Source: Pelomyxa schiedti (taxonomy: Eukaryota > Protista > Evosea). From it: 57,593 bases of DNA. Each line of letters opens with the position of its first letter. Within the stretch, counting starts at the first letter, position 1. The translations under genes were made by a program, and so were the position numbers. The notes beneath the pieces are model-generated. The model saw only the letters and a list, made by a program, of their open reading frames with translations, ran no database searches and was not told the origin of the DNA. The stretch lies in assembly GCA_020536535.1 (NCBI GenBank), contig JAHLWZ010000757.1, positions 1 through 57,593 of the forward strand, written 5' to 3'. Of the stretch, positions 36,901 through 48,573 are shown piece after piece.

Positions 36901-38103
36901 TTTGGTCTTGAAGTACTACTGGAGGTAGAGCTTTCTGGTGGGAAACGAACCCGCCTTTGTGAACGTTGACTCTGGGGAGCTTCACGCTGTGGTGAAACTG
37001 ACGACCGCCTGGAACCACTTGCTGGTTCGGACTTTTTCTGTGACTTCTTGGATGCAGTGGAACTCCGTTTTGCAGATGAGGATTTCTTCTTAGAAGCAGA
37101 TGGTCGCCGCTTTCTTCTACTGGCAAACCTACTACGGTTGTTGTCATCATCGTCATAGTCATCATCATTCACATCATCCTCTTCCTCCTGATCATCTTCT
37201 TCATCCTCATCTTCATCAAAGTCATCCTGGTCACCACTAGCATCATCCATATCGTCAGTTCGAGCATTGTATCTCGATGTTGTGCCTGTGGATAATTACT
37301 CACTCATAAATACTACCACTTTGTCTGGAAATACTTGTATTCACAGAGACCAACCAAAAAAAGAATTCACTTGCACACATAAAAAAAAAAAAACCCCAAC
37401 ACCCCACCTGCTTTTTAAAGTGACAGTAACTAACTACGGTTATAATCCTTAAAAACAGCACACAAAGTGTTCACGTACCCTTTTGCTGAGGCTGCTTCCC
37501 GTTTGCGGCTGAGGGCGACCCCTCCCCTGCCTGCTTCGCCTTGACTTTCACTTTCACCTTCACAGTCTGCGCGTTTTTTTTGCCCGATGACGACGAGTCT
37601 TTGCTGTTGCCTTGGTCTCGTGGCGACGACTTTGTTGTTGTTGTCGTCGTCGTCGTCGACGATTTTGCTGCTGCTGGTTTCGATGAAGAAGAAGACGACG
37701 ACGACGACGAGGAGGAGGAGGAGGCTGAGGCAGGGCCCGCCGCCGCCGCCGCCCCGCCTCCCTCCTCGTCCTCGTTCTCCGCGACCAACTTGTCGTCGTC
37801 GTCGGCGGGCGGGGCTGCTTCCTCGGCGTCGCTCCTGTCGCCCGCGGCGGCGAGGGGCTCGTCGTCTGGGCGATCGTCCGGGGGCGGCGGCGATGATGGG
37901 GGCGATGGTGACCCCGTGCCGCCATTGTTTGTCGTGTTGTTGTTGTTGTTCGTGGTTGCGGCGTTGGTGTTGGTTGGTGACTTGGTGGTGGTTGTGGTGG
38001 TTGTGGTGGTTGTGGCGGCGGTGCTGCCGCTGCTGCTGCTTGCGTTGGCGGGCGTGGAGTCGTCGCTGGCGCGCGCCGACCGATATACACCACGTTTGCG
38101 CAT
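33942..38103 (-). CDS. PHD finger + SPOC domain chromatin/transcription protein (DIDO/PHF3/Bye1-like)
   Basis: PHD: LYCLCRQKYDGR/FMICCDGCDEWYHLECVGL..YTCPKC. SPOC-like: WRGMLAWV, LASSGSRKRTLIRLAPESEKD..FNELCTYF, EIYIIP. Long acidic/basic low-complexity N-terminus and Thr-rich C-terminus. Confidence 0.75.
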
Positions 38104-38818
38104 ACTTATTTTTTTGCCTGCGTTTGGGGTGTGTGGGTTGAGGGGGCGTGTTGGGTTGGTGTTTGGGTTTTTTTTGTCCCTTGTTTCCCCTTTTCGGTGA
38201 GGCTATTTTTAGCTCCGTGATCTGAGGGTGCGCCCACTCAGCGGAATGACCCCCAACATCAAGTCCCAGGGCGTAAAGAACCGCTCTGGGGTATCCTTTG
38301 GTTTTTCGGAGGAAGAAACAACACCGGAACCGGGTTTGATGCCGGCAAACGGCCTTTCAATGAAACCCGACCGAAACCAATAACACAAAAGATGCTTGTG
38401 CGTGGACGTGTTGTTGAGGTGACCAACAAGTTGAAGGGCGACAGTACTAGTTATAATGACCAACTGGTCAGCAAAATACGGCAGCTGCACGTGGGGCGGC
38501 AAGATCTAGATCCGGCACGGAGGACCGCAACAGCGACAACGAGTCGAGAAAGACGCGTTTGCACGTGCGGAAGATCGTACGGGGGTGATCTGTGTGGACA
38601 GACGTCAAAGTCATCGGCCGATGCTGCACGTGGGGCGTTGTTGTTGTTGACACACCGGGATCTCACAACCAACAACTTTGGAATCGGAAACGGAAACGGC
38701 GGCGACGACGACGATGATGCACTGATGGCAACTTACGAAAGCGGCAACTCGAAAGGGTACTACAACAACTACCACCACCACGTTGATGCACCATTCAAAT
38801 TTACTTGTGTGTGGTGGG

Positions 38819-39117
38819 GAGAAGGAAGGCAAACCCTTCCTCGCTCTGATTCTTCTCTTCAGAAGGCCTTCCCCCTTTCTCCCTGAGATGCACAACAAGT
38901 CCAAGGTTGAGAGCCCCAACTCATTTGATCTTCGGAAGTAGTCACTCTCCACTCACTTCCACTGTATACAATAGCCACAAAGAGCATCAAAGCCACTCTT
39001 CAGACTCGCAGACGGTCGCTCCTTTGAAAGGCATTGCAAATATTTTCAAGATGACAAGTGCAGCAACGCACTGTGTTTCACTGCAACACCGATGCCGCTT
39101 TCTTCTCGCTTTGAGTT
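38819..39117 (+). repeat. Dispersed repeat, copy 1 (runs into gap)
   Basis: Near-identical to 47884-48172 apart from a few small indels and substitutions. Confidence 0.9.
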
Positions 39118-39217
39118 NNNNNNNNNNNNNNNNNNNNNNNNNNNNNNNNNNNNNNNNNNNNNNNNNNNNNNNNNNNNNNNNNNNNNNNNNNNNNNNNNNN
39201 NNNNNNNNNNNNNNNNN

Positions 39218-40115
39218 GTTAGGCAATTCAGGCAATGCCAAGCTACACAGACTTCAAGGACCGATTGCACTGAAGTCCCAAAGAAGCCCACAAGCTCACA
39301 AAGTCATCCATTCTGGACAAACAGTTAGACACTGAGATATCTGTGACTGGAACACACACCAAAATCGAGGCAAGAGTACTTCTCCACATCCTACAGTTCA
39401 TTCATTAGCCTGCAAGCATCATCTAGCACATGCATCAAAGAAAAAATCCTCATCATGGCGCAGCCATCAAACCCAAGCATGAATTTCAACACCTACATTC
39501 AATTAGTTTACACACCAACATTCTCACATACCTGCAAGTCACACCAATTCACTGCAAATTCGGCCCTCATGCAAATTCCAACCAATTACTGCACAAGTCA
39601 ACCATAACCTGCATCTGGCATCAGAACTATCATTGGTACATTGATAGCACATACCCCAATATTCATACACTCATCCTGGACCGATTTTCATCAATTCTGC
39701 ACTGTTCTGATTGACCCAAAGTGATTGCACTGTAATGGCATCAGCATTCACAACTGAAAGTACATAATTACCTGGCAACTGGCAGAAGGCTTGTCCAAAT
39801 TTCTGAGCACCCTTGCATCATTCTGTTCCAAGGCATCAAGCAGTCACACAAACTGAAAGATATCAGTACGAATTTACCGCTGCTCACTGGAAGGCATACC
39901 AGCCTAGTTCAAGTACGAATCAGAATTCAGCATTCAATTTGGCTCAAGGCAATACCTATGACATTTTAGTTAGACCTCACTAGTAGTATGTAATAGTATG
40001 TATATTCGTTTTATTTACTTGAATGGTGTTATGGACTGGTAAACGGCTGAAAACCCCATCTAGGCAGCCTGTGATGCTCATAAGCCAGTACTGTACATCA
40101 TAAAGGTAAATAACG

Positions 40116-40204
<89 letters not shown>
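39218..40204 (+). mobile_element. Possible 3' end of a decayed non-LTR retroelement or retrocopy ending in an 89-nt poly(A)
   Basis: Uninterrupted A tract 40116-40204 directly after AAATAACG; A/C-rich upstream strand with a stop-interrupted frame. The 5' end is hidden in the gap, so no TSD is visible. Confidence 0.35.
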
Positions 40205-40206
<2 letters not shown>

Positions 40207-41708
40207 TACCTGCGTTGAGGCACATTAGCAACACATGAAGAAAACACTTGGAACTCACACGCACAACACCGGCAAAGCTCCAATTCGCCGAACTGACATC
40301 CAACAACAATGCTCCATTCATCACCCCGAACATCATCTCCAACAACCAGACCATAACCATTTACTACCGACGACTTCCTGTTCCAAAAACGAACCGCTAC
40401 TACACCAGCACCATCATTACATTTTCGAAATTCTGCAGAAAGAACAACAATCACCAGCTTCAGAGGAAGGGGGAGCATGTGTGATTCTGCGAACACACAG
40501 GCAAACTGTGCGCAAGGCACACTCGCAAGACTCGAGACTGGAGACTCAGAGGCTGAGTCATCACTTACCAAGTTCGGAAATCAAGTTCACAGAAAGATCA
40601 TCGAGATACCCAAGACCTTTCCCTTGACTTTGGAATCCTTTATAAACAGACACCGAGTTCACCTCATTTCTATACAAAAAATACCAAGAATCCCAATACA
40701 AATATACAAAAAACCTCAACACAAACACACCCAAATGTATCCATCCATTCCAAGATGAATAAAATACTTTGTGCCTCTTTGTTCTCTTTTGGTGCAGTTT
40801 CCTTCCCACCCCACTGAAGGAAACACTTGTAAACCAAGTTTGATGTAAAGGATGACTAGGTGTTTTGAAAATTCCTTCAGACATGCCATAAGAGCTACTG
40901 TTGATGGTGGCATTGAGGTTTCTCTGTAGCTTGAAATGTTGCATGCCAAGAGCCTTTTGGTATGCCTAGCTATTCCTGTGTCTGACTTTGTCCAGCTATG
41001 AGTGTAATTTACCTTGTCACTGGTCCTTCCTGGGCTTCAATGTACACATGTAACACTTCTGACACACTTCCAAGCGTTGTATGCATTATCTTCTCCATTT
41101 CCGCACTTATTCCAAGTAACTCACTGAGTCCATCAGACTGCTCACCAATTGCTGGAAGTTTCCTCAGTTGGTTTGCACATTTCCCAATGTGACTCTCGTT
41201 CCTGTGAGGTGTTCCTGCTTCCTCCGCAATGTCCTCTTCATCGAATACAAGTCAGGTTTGATTGCCTGAATCTCTTGATTGCCTCCGCATAGTTTTCCTT
41301 TGCCAGAATCAGCCCTCCTGAAAGAATTTCCCCATGTCTGCACTGGGTCAGCGTACCAAATTCCATTCCTGCTGGGACTCAAAAAAGGTTGACTGCATTA
41401 CTGCCTGGAAACGAAAAGTTTGTTTATCAGGGTCCCACTGCAGGTAATCCCTGGTGCCAATTTGGAATCACCAAAGCCAAAGACCACCATTGCATTTGGG
41501 ATTGTTATGTCTTGGAGAAACAACAAGATCCACCTGGTAACCACCAGTTTTTTGCTCCATTGGGAACAGAGGGAACCCCACCTGTCCCCTGATTCTGAGA
41601 CCCTGGTGAGGAGATTTCGGATTTTCTTGTGTTTGTGGAGTTAGTTTGAGCCCCAGACATTGATCAGTTTCACGAGCCCACAATCGACACACCAAACCCG
41701 CCTACAAG

Positions 41709-42956
41709 ATGTCGGCGACACAACCACAACAACAGGCGCCACGCATACGGGAGGTGACCCACCTCAAAACAGCCAGTTGGCAGGTGGCAGCCCTGCTGAT
41801 GTCGTCACACCCGCGGTGCGGGGCCAACAGCCCCGCGCGGATCGTGTCCGCCAACGCGCCACTCATGTCGTACTTCTGGAACGAAGTTGTCCTGGCGCGC
41901 GTGTCCGCCCTTGTCCTGTATCTCGAGTCTGTGGAGATCGACGAGGACATCCACCCGACCACTGTGCACATCGGGGTGTCAAGGTCTCTCCTTGGCGTCA
42001 CTTACCTCAACGGGATTGACTTTCTGCGTCCGGCCAAGTGCGTGGATCCAGAGAGGGTCCTGGTCCGAAGTGAGAACGGGTACTCCCTGATGCCGCTGGA
42101 CCTTCGCTGCAGTGGCAATGAATACAGAGACCTCAGCAACGAGGAGCAGCCTGTTGTTTGCACCTTTGCTGGTTCCGAACGCAGCTGTTTTTTCGTGGCC
42201 GCAAATGCCATGTGGCTCCTCAACGCTACAACCCAAGCAATAGATGGAAGTGGCAACCAAACCGTGATGATCTGGGAAATACCGCAAAGCCCGCAGCAGA
42301 AGCCAGTTGAGCCTCTGGAGTTGGGCATTCCCGGGAGTGACGTGCTGCGCCGCCGGGCTGGTGTGTTTCTGAGCAAGACAATGCCTGATGAGGCTGTTGT
42401 GGTGGCACGTGATCGCAACCACATTGTTCTGACTCTGTTTGATGTTTGGAAGACTGTGCAGTCAAAGAGACTTGCAGTTCTGGTGTCAACTGGAATTCTT
42501 CCCTTCGAGGACCACGGAATGTCACTTCAGGTTGTTCTTGTCATGAGAAGGAAGAAGACCCTTGACGTGGTTTTTATTGCACAGACATGTGAGGGTGATG
42601 TGTTTGAACTTGACCCTGGAACAGGGAGAATCAGGCAGATAACACCCCATCTCACAGAGAAGGAGGAACTCCAGTACTCAGAGCCCCACAACCTCACGCA
42701 ACTCTCTTCCTCAGTGTTCTGCATTTGGCACGAAAAAGCCAAGTCATACGAGCTGTGGGACTGCAACAACATGGACAAACCACTGAGGGCCATCAATCCT
42801 GACGATAACTTTGATCAAGTTGTGGCTGGTGGTGGCTTCTTGTTTGTTGTTGTTAAACACTCTGTGATGGTGATTGAGCCCTTTGCTAGATGTCTTGTTG
42901 CTGCCTTTTCACTGGCAATGCCCGCGTTTATACATCCCCAGGATTCCCTCTTGTAA
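41709..42956 (+). CDS. Intronless orphan-family protein (Q..AL..HPRCG..SPAR N-terminal motif, probable beta-propeller), 415 aa
   Basis: Single uninterrupted ORF. The C-terminal LTQLSSSVFCIW..YELWDCN..VVAGGGFLF is similar to the 54528-55967 product. Confidence 0.85.
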   Translation: MSATQPQQQAPRIREVTHLKTASWQVAALLMSSHPRCGANSPARIVSANAPLMSYFWNEVVLARVSALVLYLESVEIDEDIHPTTVHIGVSRSLLGVTYLNGIDFLRPAKCVDPERVLVRSENGYSLMPLDLRCSGNEYRDLSNEEQPVVCTFAGSERSCFFVAANAMWLLNATTQAIDGSGNQTVMIWEIPQSPQQKPVEPLELGIPGSDVLRRRAGVFLSKTMPDEAVVVARDRNHIVLTLFDVWKTVQSKRLAVLVSTGILPFEDHGMSLQVVLVMRRKKTLDVVFIAQTCEGDVFELDPGTGRIRQITPHLTEKEELQYSEPHNLTQLSSSVFCIWHEKAKSYELWDCNNMDKPLRAINPDDNFDQVVAGGGFLFVVVKHSVMVIEPFARCLVAAFSLAMPAFIHPQDSLL

Positions 42957-43236
42957 CTTCAACAAATCACTTTGTCTGTTTAGCTTTAAGTGGTGAATAA
43001 AATAATCAACAGAGCGGAACACTGTCCTTTTCGTTATCATCACTCAGGATCGGTGGTCTGGTGTTTTTTTTATTCAGCCAAGTGGTTAACTTGATTTTTA
43101 TTGGATGGTTCAGTCAAAAAACACCCTACACCGGTGTGCAAATGTGATGAGAATGAGGCCTTCATTTCGTCAGGCATGAAGCCCCAAATTTTTCCAAACC
43201 ACGGACAAAAAACTGGAGCGGACAGGAGTTTTTATT

Positions 43237-43723
43237 GTCAAAACTGCACGCGGAGAGAGTTTGTTTTTAGTCGAAAATCAACAAAAATGCATTTGGTTTT
43301 CGTTGCTGTTTCCCCTAACCATCAACCAGCGTTCTTCGTCTTCGTAATTACGCATCGCCTGCCCAACCGCCCCGAGAAGTCAGCATACCACAGAGCTGAA
43401 TGCACGATGGTGTACACATATCACCCCGTGCTTTACTACAACAACCGACACCAGACAGCCGTGTAACCAAATGCACTTGCCTATCTCTGGCCTAAAAAGC
43501 ACGTAGACAGCAAAAAACCATGCCAATCATTCATCTTGCATGTTATTGACACAGTGCCATCGCACTGCACGGTAACAGAGTGACCACGACCCACTCCCAA
43601 CCGCCCCACCACACCAACGTGGTTAAAAAGAAATATTATAATAATTCACAATTTTAAGGGTAACATCAACGAAAGCACTTGATTTTCGACTAAAAACAAA
43701 CTCTCTCCGCGCGCAGTTTTGAC
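43237..43723. repeat. 45-bp inverted repeat pair (1 mismatch), 397-bp spacer; possible MITE
   Basis: 43237-43281 gtcaaaactgcacgcggagagagtttgtttttagtcgaaaatcaa versus the reverse complement of 43679-43723. Confidence 0.9.
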
Positions 43724-44129
43724 TTGAACCGTCCCACCAATACACTTGGGAGGGGTTGTTTGTTTGAGGTTGGCGTTGGGGGAGGAAAAAGGAAAAAAAA
43801 CAAAAAAATTGATGGTTTGGGTTCACTATGCCGTGTTTCATGTGCTTGAGATGTATGCACTCCACTTATTGCCAGTTTTCCTCTTCATCTCATACTTCAC
43901 AGTTTCGGTCTTTCAATTCCAAGAGGGCTCCGTCGTCGGTATGGTTTCTTCCTTTCTTGTTTATTAATTTAATTTGATTTAGACCCCTGAATCCGTATTT
44001 TTATATTTTCAGATAAGTAATTATTTAAGATTTAAGTTTGTTTTATTTCGTTTTCGTTCAGTTTTGTTTTTGTCTTGTTCTCACATCAATACAGTCATTG
44101 AAGATACTGATGCGGAGACGTGGGTACAG

Positions 44130-45730
44130 TTGTAGGTTTCCATTTATCTTCTCTGTTTTTATTTTTCAAGTTCTCACATTTTATAACCAGGTGGTATTTT
44201 AGAGATTCGTTGAGAGGCAGACAGGAACAGGGAGACCTGGAGGCAAAAGCAGGCGCACACTCAGAAGAATGTGCGTGCAGCTCGGCTCCATTCCTCCGGT
44301 ATTCCTCTTCTTTTAGTCCCCAATATACTCACCTCCAATCTCTAGGTACTTTCCTGTATTCAACCTACATGCAGTGAGAGTGCCGACATTGGGGCCCTTT
44401 TGACTTCCAGCAGCTCAGCCACTAGTATGTTTCTTATTTCTTATTTTTCTCATTTCACCTTGTACAGTAGGTGCTGGACTTGCCATGGTACATCCCCTCT
44501 CCCTTTCCATCATCACCCCACTCAAACATGATAGAATAAGTAGCCCAGACTGACGGAATGATGTGCTGCTCTGCTCCGCTTTTCGTCAGGTTTGCACCCA
44601 CATTGTCTCCCCAGTATTTCCTCACTTCCAATCCCAGGTTTTTTTTTTCTTGTTCCCGCACTCAACTTGTGCTGAAATGGGTATTCTGCATTTCCGGTGG
44701 GTATGTGACTCCTTTTTTATTTGCTCCGGTCTCACAGATAATATTATTTAGGTGGCAACTTACTGGTTTTGGAGCGGAGACCTATCACCAATGTACATCC
44801 CCTCTCCCTTTTATCATACCCCCACTCAACAGGTACCAGGGATTTAAGAAGGACTGACGACTTGAGTGCCTGGGGCTTCCACCTTCCACCTCCCTCTCTT
44901 GCCGCTCCAACACGCCAGAGTCCACTTCTCCCCCCTAATGTGCCCAGGCCTGAAGTCAAAAATCGACTTCAGGGAAAAAAAAAATTTTTTTCCCATTTTT
45001 AAAGCACTGGGATCCAAATCTGCTTGTGCTCCGAATTGTAATAGTATTTTTCCTCACCGAGAGTCTGCTTTGGAATCACAGTGGTGGAGAGCAGGCTTGG
45101 ACTGGGAGATGTGCAGGGGGGTGAGTGTCAGTGGAAGTCCGGCCTAGTGAGGTAACTATTATTGCTGAGTGGGGTGATTATAAAAAAGAGACTGCACCTT
45201 GGTGGCATCCTCTCATCTCAGCCGGAAATTCCACAACCTAAATAAAGTATTTGAGACTGAAGAAAGAAAAAAAGAAGTAACACATACCAGTGCTGTAAAT
45301 GCAGAAAGGATGTGGTGTATGCAATGCTGTGGAGACCCTGTGATGTTCTTGTATACACAGGCAGTCTGCCTATCTGGGGTACCTATTCTGCCTGAGTGGT
45401 GTGATGATGGCGAAGGGATGGGGGCATTTACCTCAGCTGGGCCGGCAAGTCCATCACCTAGTAACTGGGAAAAAGAAGAAATAGATACCAGGCCAGCTGG
45501 AAATCAAAAGGCCCCAATGCTGCCACTCATGTTCTCTGGATTAGGTTGCCTAAAGAGAAGATGAGGGCATGGAGTAACAAGTCATTGGATAACTTGCTTG
45601 ATTGCCGGCTCTGCTCCCTGTTCTCTGTCTGCAACATCCACAAAAAGAGCTCTGTTTTAAGGTGGGAACCTTGCATTGGGGAAAAAAAAAAGAAAAATCA
45701 TGCCTGAGATAACAAGCACAATCTACAAAC
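44130..45730. repeat. Diverged inverted duplication (arms about 44130-44830 and 45165-45730) with a central double hairpin
   Basis: Colinear matching blocks on opposite strands: gagtggggtgat, acctaaataa, cacatacc..aaatgcagaa, ggcaagtcca.cacct, gctggaa.tcaaaag.gccccaatg, ctccctgttc.ctgtctgc. Confidence 0.75.
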
Positions 45731-47182
45731 ACCTCGAGTACTTGGAGCGACACCCATACACATGACACGATGTGACGCCAGCATGGTGTCACCAACACAT
45801 CCGTTTTTTTTTTGTTGTTCTTTTTTCTCTCCCCCAAGTTCCAACCGCAAAATCGCGAACCCTGCCAAGCGTAAAGAGCCCTTCAAACTCCAATTTTTTG
45901 ATGGTGGTATCTTCAAAAATCGCCTCATCACCCTGTGATTTCTTCCGCTCCATTCTCCGTTCATTTGCACACCGGTGTAACAGTGAACGCGAACTTTGCA
46001 AACGAGTTTTTCAAACAAAGTTGTGTTCGGGGAAAAGAAACAAAGGAAGAATTAAGGTTGGGGGTCGTGTGGGGGGCAGCACAGTGCCTTGTGTGGCTCG
46101 TTGTGCCTGTGACATGTTGTTATGTGTGTCATATTAGTACCTCCACAAACGTTTTCCTCATTTTTTTCGTCAGTCCTTACAACAGTCTTTGCAACAATAT
46201 TTGTGTGGCTTGTGGCATTCAGTCAAGACTGTGGGGGTGGATTGGTTGCGATCTTTCCGGCATTTATCGGCACTTGCGAGTTTTAGCGACTGATATCGAC
46301 ACTTGTGGCGATCCTTTCGGCACCTGCAAAGATCTTTTCGACTTAACCTGTCACTGTCTTCTCAGTGAATGGACCAGTGGGTTGCACAGAAGCGGTTGAA
46401 AGAATTTATTTGTAAAGAAGGGTCTTCCACTAGATCTGAACAAATTTCTGTTGGCTAAGACTGGAAAGTTATTCAAGTTTTGTTCCTTCTTCTATAATTT
46501 AATTGTAACAATGATCAAGTGTCACAGATATTTCACGAGCAACAAAAAAACTAGGATTCAAGTTGCGCTATACAACTAAAAAGAAAATCGGCTCTGAAAA
46601 TGAGGTGCTAGGGTTTTTTTTCCTTTGATTTTCGTCTATCTCACATAGTAGTTATTTCCCTAGGGCTCTAGAATCTTATGGTGGTTGCACCCAATAACCG
46701 ACATTATAACTCCAGGGTTTGCTTGATCCTAATACCTGTCATTATAATATTATTATTAACCAAGTCCCTGAAGGATATGTGATGTCCCAGTGGATTGCAT
46801 GCTCGATATGGATGAAATGGGCTGTGACTTGAAATCAACATGCAGAAGGCAAGGACATTCATTACCTGGGGAGTCTGTCCGTGTCAAAATTGTCAGGCAT
46901 CTTCAGTTTCCTACTTCCGGGATTGCCTAACTCCTCACATACAGCCATCTGCCTCCAAAAGGCTTAATTTGATCATGGCTGCAGATATCAATGTTGGGGT
47001 GATTGCCCCTTTTGTCTTCTCAGAATTCTGAAACACCATGAAGATAATGAAAAGTGAAAGAATACAATACTTTTCAAAGCATCAAATGTGTGGGTCTCTT
47101 CTTCCTCCACTGTCACATCCACCTTGCCTTGCATTCCTCACAGAAGTCATAGTTGTTGTCGATTGTGATGTTGTTGTTCCTG

Positions 47183-47676
47183 TTCAAATGTAATCGGCAC
47201 GTATGCCCCTGAATCAATGCGTTGACAACATTTCATGATCTGTCGTGACTGTGATCCTTTGCTTTGATTATCCCGCTCTTGATTGGCTTTGTTGTTAGTT
47301 GCTTGTCACAACTTTCGCGGACTCTGTTATAATCTATCATTGTATCCATGTTGAGGAGAAGAAACAGTAGGACTATAAGTAAAACAAACCCTAAGGAGGT
47401 TCAGATACCAGGTAATTATTTTTACTACTATGTCCTTCAAATAATGACTGTAGTCGACCCTGAACCTGTTAATCCAAGATGTTTTCACTGCACCCACCCA
47501 GTGCAAGTGGAAAAAAGAAAAATCCGCAAGGTTTTTCCCTGTCTCTTCAAAAAACCCAACATATCAACAGCTACCTGGTGAACCAACTGGGAGATATTCA
47601 TGGTATGCAGAATGTCGTTGTAGTGGTCACTGCCGGCACCCATGTTTCAGGGGCATACGTGCCGATTACATTTGAA
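47183..47676. repeat. Perfect 31-bp inverted repeat pair, 432-bp spacer
   Basis: 47183-47213 ttcaaatgtaatcggcacgtatgcccctgaa and its exact reverse complement at 47646-47676. Confidence 0.92.
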
Positions 47677-47883
47677 AGATACCTGCACATCCCTCCGTGC
47701 GTTTCCACTCTCTTTCCAAGTTTTCTGTTTTCCCTCGTTAACTGATGAAAAAAAACCATGCAGGAACACAGCGTGGTACGCGTTCCACACAACGCAGGAG
47801 AGGAATTATGCAATCACTGCAATCCAGGCAGAAAATTTCCACTGGAAATTCAGCAGTTGGTGCCGTCAAGTTCTTGTTGGTAA

Positions 47884-48470
47884 GAGAAGGAAGGCAAACC
47901 CTTCCTCACTCTGATTCCTCTCTTCCCCCTTTCTCCCTGAGATGCACAACAAGTCCAAGGTTGAGAGCCCCAACTCATTTCATCTTCGGAAGTCACTCTC
48001 CACTCACTTCCACTGTATATATACAATAGCCACAAAGAGCATCAAAGCCATTCTTCAGACTCGCAGACGGTCGCTCCTTTGAAAGGCATTGCAAATATTT
48101 TCAAGATGACAAGTGCAGCAACGCACTGTGTTTCACTGCAACACCGATGCCGCTTTCTTCTCGCTTTGAGTTTTGTTCTCCCATTTTTATGCCACTCCCT
48201 CTTCCCTCTTCCCTCTCCGTCTCACGCAAACCCAGTGAATCCCGGCGAGTCCACGTGCGCAAACGGGTCAAACTCATCCCCGAAGGATGGCAAACGAGCA
48301 CCAAGGTCAAACAATCCGCAAAATTCCTCCCGCTTGCATCTCTGACACCCCATTGTCACAGACAGGCACATCGGTCAGGCACATCGGTCTCATTGTGGAG
48401 AGAACCGTGGCAATTCGACGACCCTGTCCGCAATCATCAGTTCACCCCCATTCACAGTATTCATTGGCTC
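47884..48470 (+). repeat. Dispersed repeat, longest copy (about 590 bp)
   Basis: The 5' half matches 38819-39117; the 3' half (from 48256) matches 50255-50430 and 50567-50590. Confidence 0.9.
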
Positions 48471-48573
48471 CCACATTAGGTTGGAAAAAAAAAACATAAC
48501 ATCCTGCTTTTCTATTTTAGCAACAGAATTATCAAAAAAAAAACAAATTTTCTTTGTATTGTCTGTCACTTGC

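Noticed and set aside
33967-38200. Long plus-strand Val/Ala-rich ORFs (33967-34557, 37541-38200)
   Set aside because: Antisense to low-complexity exons of the PHD-SPOC gene.
39980-40571. Poly-Phe ORFs
   Set aside because: Translation of the poly(A) tract on the opposite strand.
40760-41400. Minus-strand fragment with a TPR-like AKENYAEAIKRFRQ
   Set aside because: Short and frameshifted, with only one helix-like match; too weak to call.
44455-45564. EWGDDGKGEG / EWCDDGEG peptides as MORN or SEL1 repeats
   Set aside because: The spacing does not fit either consensus and the frames are not conserved between the arms; better explained as DNA-level inverted duplication.
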